Shown piece after piece: positions 62,701 to 64,000 of a stretch of DNA of 64,000 nt. The position numbers and the translations under genes were made by a program. Source of the stretch: Chiloscyllium plagiosum. Its lineage: Eukaryota. Within the stretch, counting starts at the first letter, position 1; each line of letters starts with the position of its first letter. The notes under the pieces were generated by a model, which was not told the DNA's origin, did not search any database, and saw nothing but the letters and a program-made list of their open reading frames with translations. The stretch spans positions 43,353,431 to 43,417,430 of the forward strand of contig NC_057728.1 of NCBI RefSeq assembly GCF_004010195.1, read 5' to 3'.

Positions 62701-63330
62701 AAATTGATTGACATCAATTCCATGTCCTCCACTACCAATACATAATCTACAAATGCACTACAATCAATGAGATGCACTTAACGTATGACTCCTTAGACAG
62801 CATCTTCCAAACCTATGATTATTATTATCCAGAAGGACAAACGCAATAGATACATCTGCATTTTATATATCTACTTCACCACATGAGCAATCCCTTTGTC
62901 TTTTGCATCGGGGCTCTACAACTTCTTTTACCCACACTACTATACTGGCTCTGTCAATGGTACATATTATACCATTTTCTAACCCCTTTGCATTCTGAAG
63001 AGTCATATTGGACTTGAAATACTAACCCATTTGCCTGTCCACAAATGCTGCCAGATCTGTTGAGGTTCACCAGCATTTTTTGTGTCTGTTGCAGCAGATA
63101 CATGGGCACACAAATACATGCAAGTTTCCCCTCAAGCCACTCACCAGCGTGACTCGGAAATATATTGCTCAGTATTGTGGGTCAAAATTCTGGAACTCCT
63201 TCCCTAATAGCATTGTGGTGTATCTAAATCAAATGGACTGCAGCAGCTCAAGTAGGTAGATTTGCATGGGCAGCTAGAGATGGACAATGAATGCTGGCCC
63301 TGAAACTGAAGGTTACATCCCATGAATAAA
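59750..63330 (+). mobile_element. Degenerate CR1/L2-group LINE (second family), near full length
   Basis: EN and RT remnants (QQPDIV, VLKTYAPELA, NYHVISLLSII), 3' end ...aatgctggccc...catcccatgaataaat. Collinear with 15590-17295. Confidence 0.7.
61435..61677. mobile_element. Palindromic PLE-derived element with two decayed hammerheads
   Basis: Same architecture as 46598-46823. Contains ctgatgaagggcttatgcccaaaac on the plus strand and a mirror copy on the minus strand. Confidence 0.8.
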
Positions 63331-63359
63331 TAACTAAAGGTCCAAAATGTTCCTATCAT

Positions 63360-64000
63360 AACAATTGCCAGATGTAAGTTTGCTCGCTGAGCTGGAAGGT
63401 TTATTCTTAGATGCTTCATCACCATACTAGATAACATCATCAGTGAACCTCCGGTGAAGCACTCGTGTTAGTGACCCCCTTTCTATTTGTGTGTTTAGAT
63501 TTTCTTGGGTTGGTGATGTTATTTTCTGTGGTGATGTCATTTCCTGTTTTTTCTCAGAGGGTGGTAAATGGGGTCCAAGTCAATCGGTTTATTGATAGAG
63601 TTCCGGTTGGAATGCCAGGCTTCTAGGAATTCTCGTACATATCTCTGTTTGGATTGACCGAGGATGAATGTGTTGTCCCTGTCAAACTGGTGTTCTTCCT
63701 CAAGTGTATGTAAGGATACTAGTGAGAGTGGGTCATGACTTTTTGTGGCAAGCTGACGTTCATGTATACTGCTGGCTAGTTTTCTGCCTGTTTGTTCAAT
63801 GTAGTATTTGTTACAGTTCTTGCAAGATAGTTTGTAAATGATATTAGTTTTGCCTGTTGTCTGTGCAGGGTTTTTCAAATTCATTCGCTGCTGTTTTAGT
63901 GGTGGGTTTGTGGGCTACCATGATGCCAAGAAATCTGAGTAGTCTGGCAGTCATTTCTGAGATGTCTTTGATGTAGGGGAGAGTGGCTGGGGTTTCTGGG
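63360..64000 (-). mobile_element. Penelope-like element 3' part (GIY-YIG) with degenerate hammerhead; runs off the window
   Basis: Translates NIIYKLSCKNCNKYYIEQTGRKL..IHERQ...REFLEAWHS. Downstream on the minus strand lies CTGATGA-TGTTATCTAGTATGGTGAT-GAAG. Confidence 0.85.

Overview
This is vertebrate genomic DNA, very probably from a shark or ray, since it carries HE1-type V-SINEs, CR1/HER1 LINEs and abundant Penelope-like elements. The whole window lies inside one minus-strand liprin-alpha gene (PPFIA2-like). Nine internal coding exons with GT-AG borders join into one open frame covering the N-terminal coiled-coil region up to ...QEQLDAINNEIR. The introns are packed with transposon remains: a full-length ~5.9 kb L1 with a YY1-type 5' motif, several CR1 and other LINEs, Rex1-like 3' ends, SINEs, Tigger/pogo-like and Harbinger relics, and many short Penelope (PLE) termini. 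The most notable signal is a dispersed set of minimal hammerhead ribozyme motifs (CUGANGA-stem II-GAAA-palindromic stem III). Several are carried by short, often palindromic, TSD-flanked PLE-derived elements. There are also several local inverted or templated duplications. No prokaryotic-type systems (CRISPR, operons) are present. Exon coordinates were read base by base; boundaries of old repeats are approximate, and family names come from motif recognition, not database searches.
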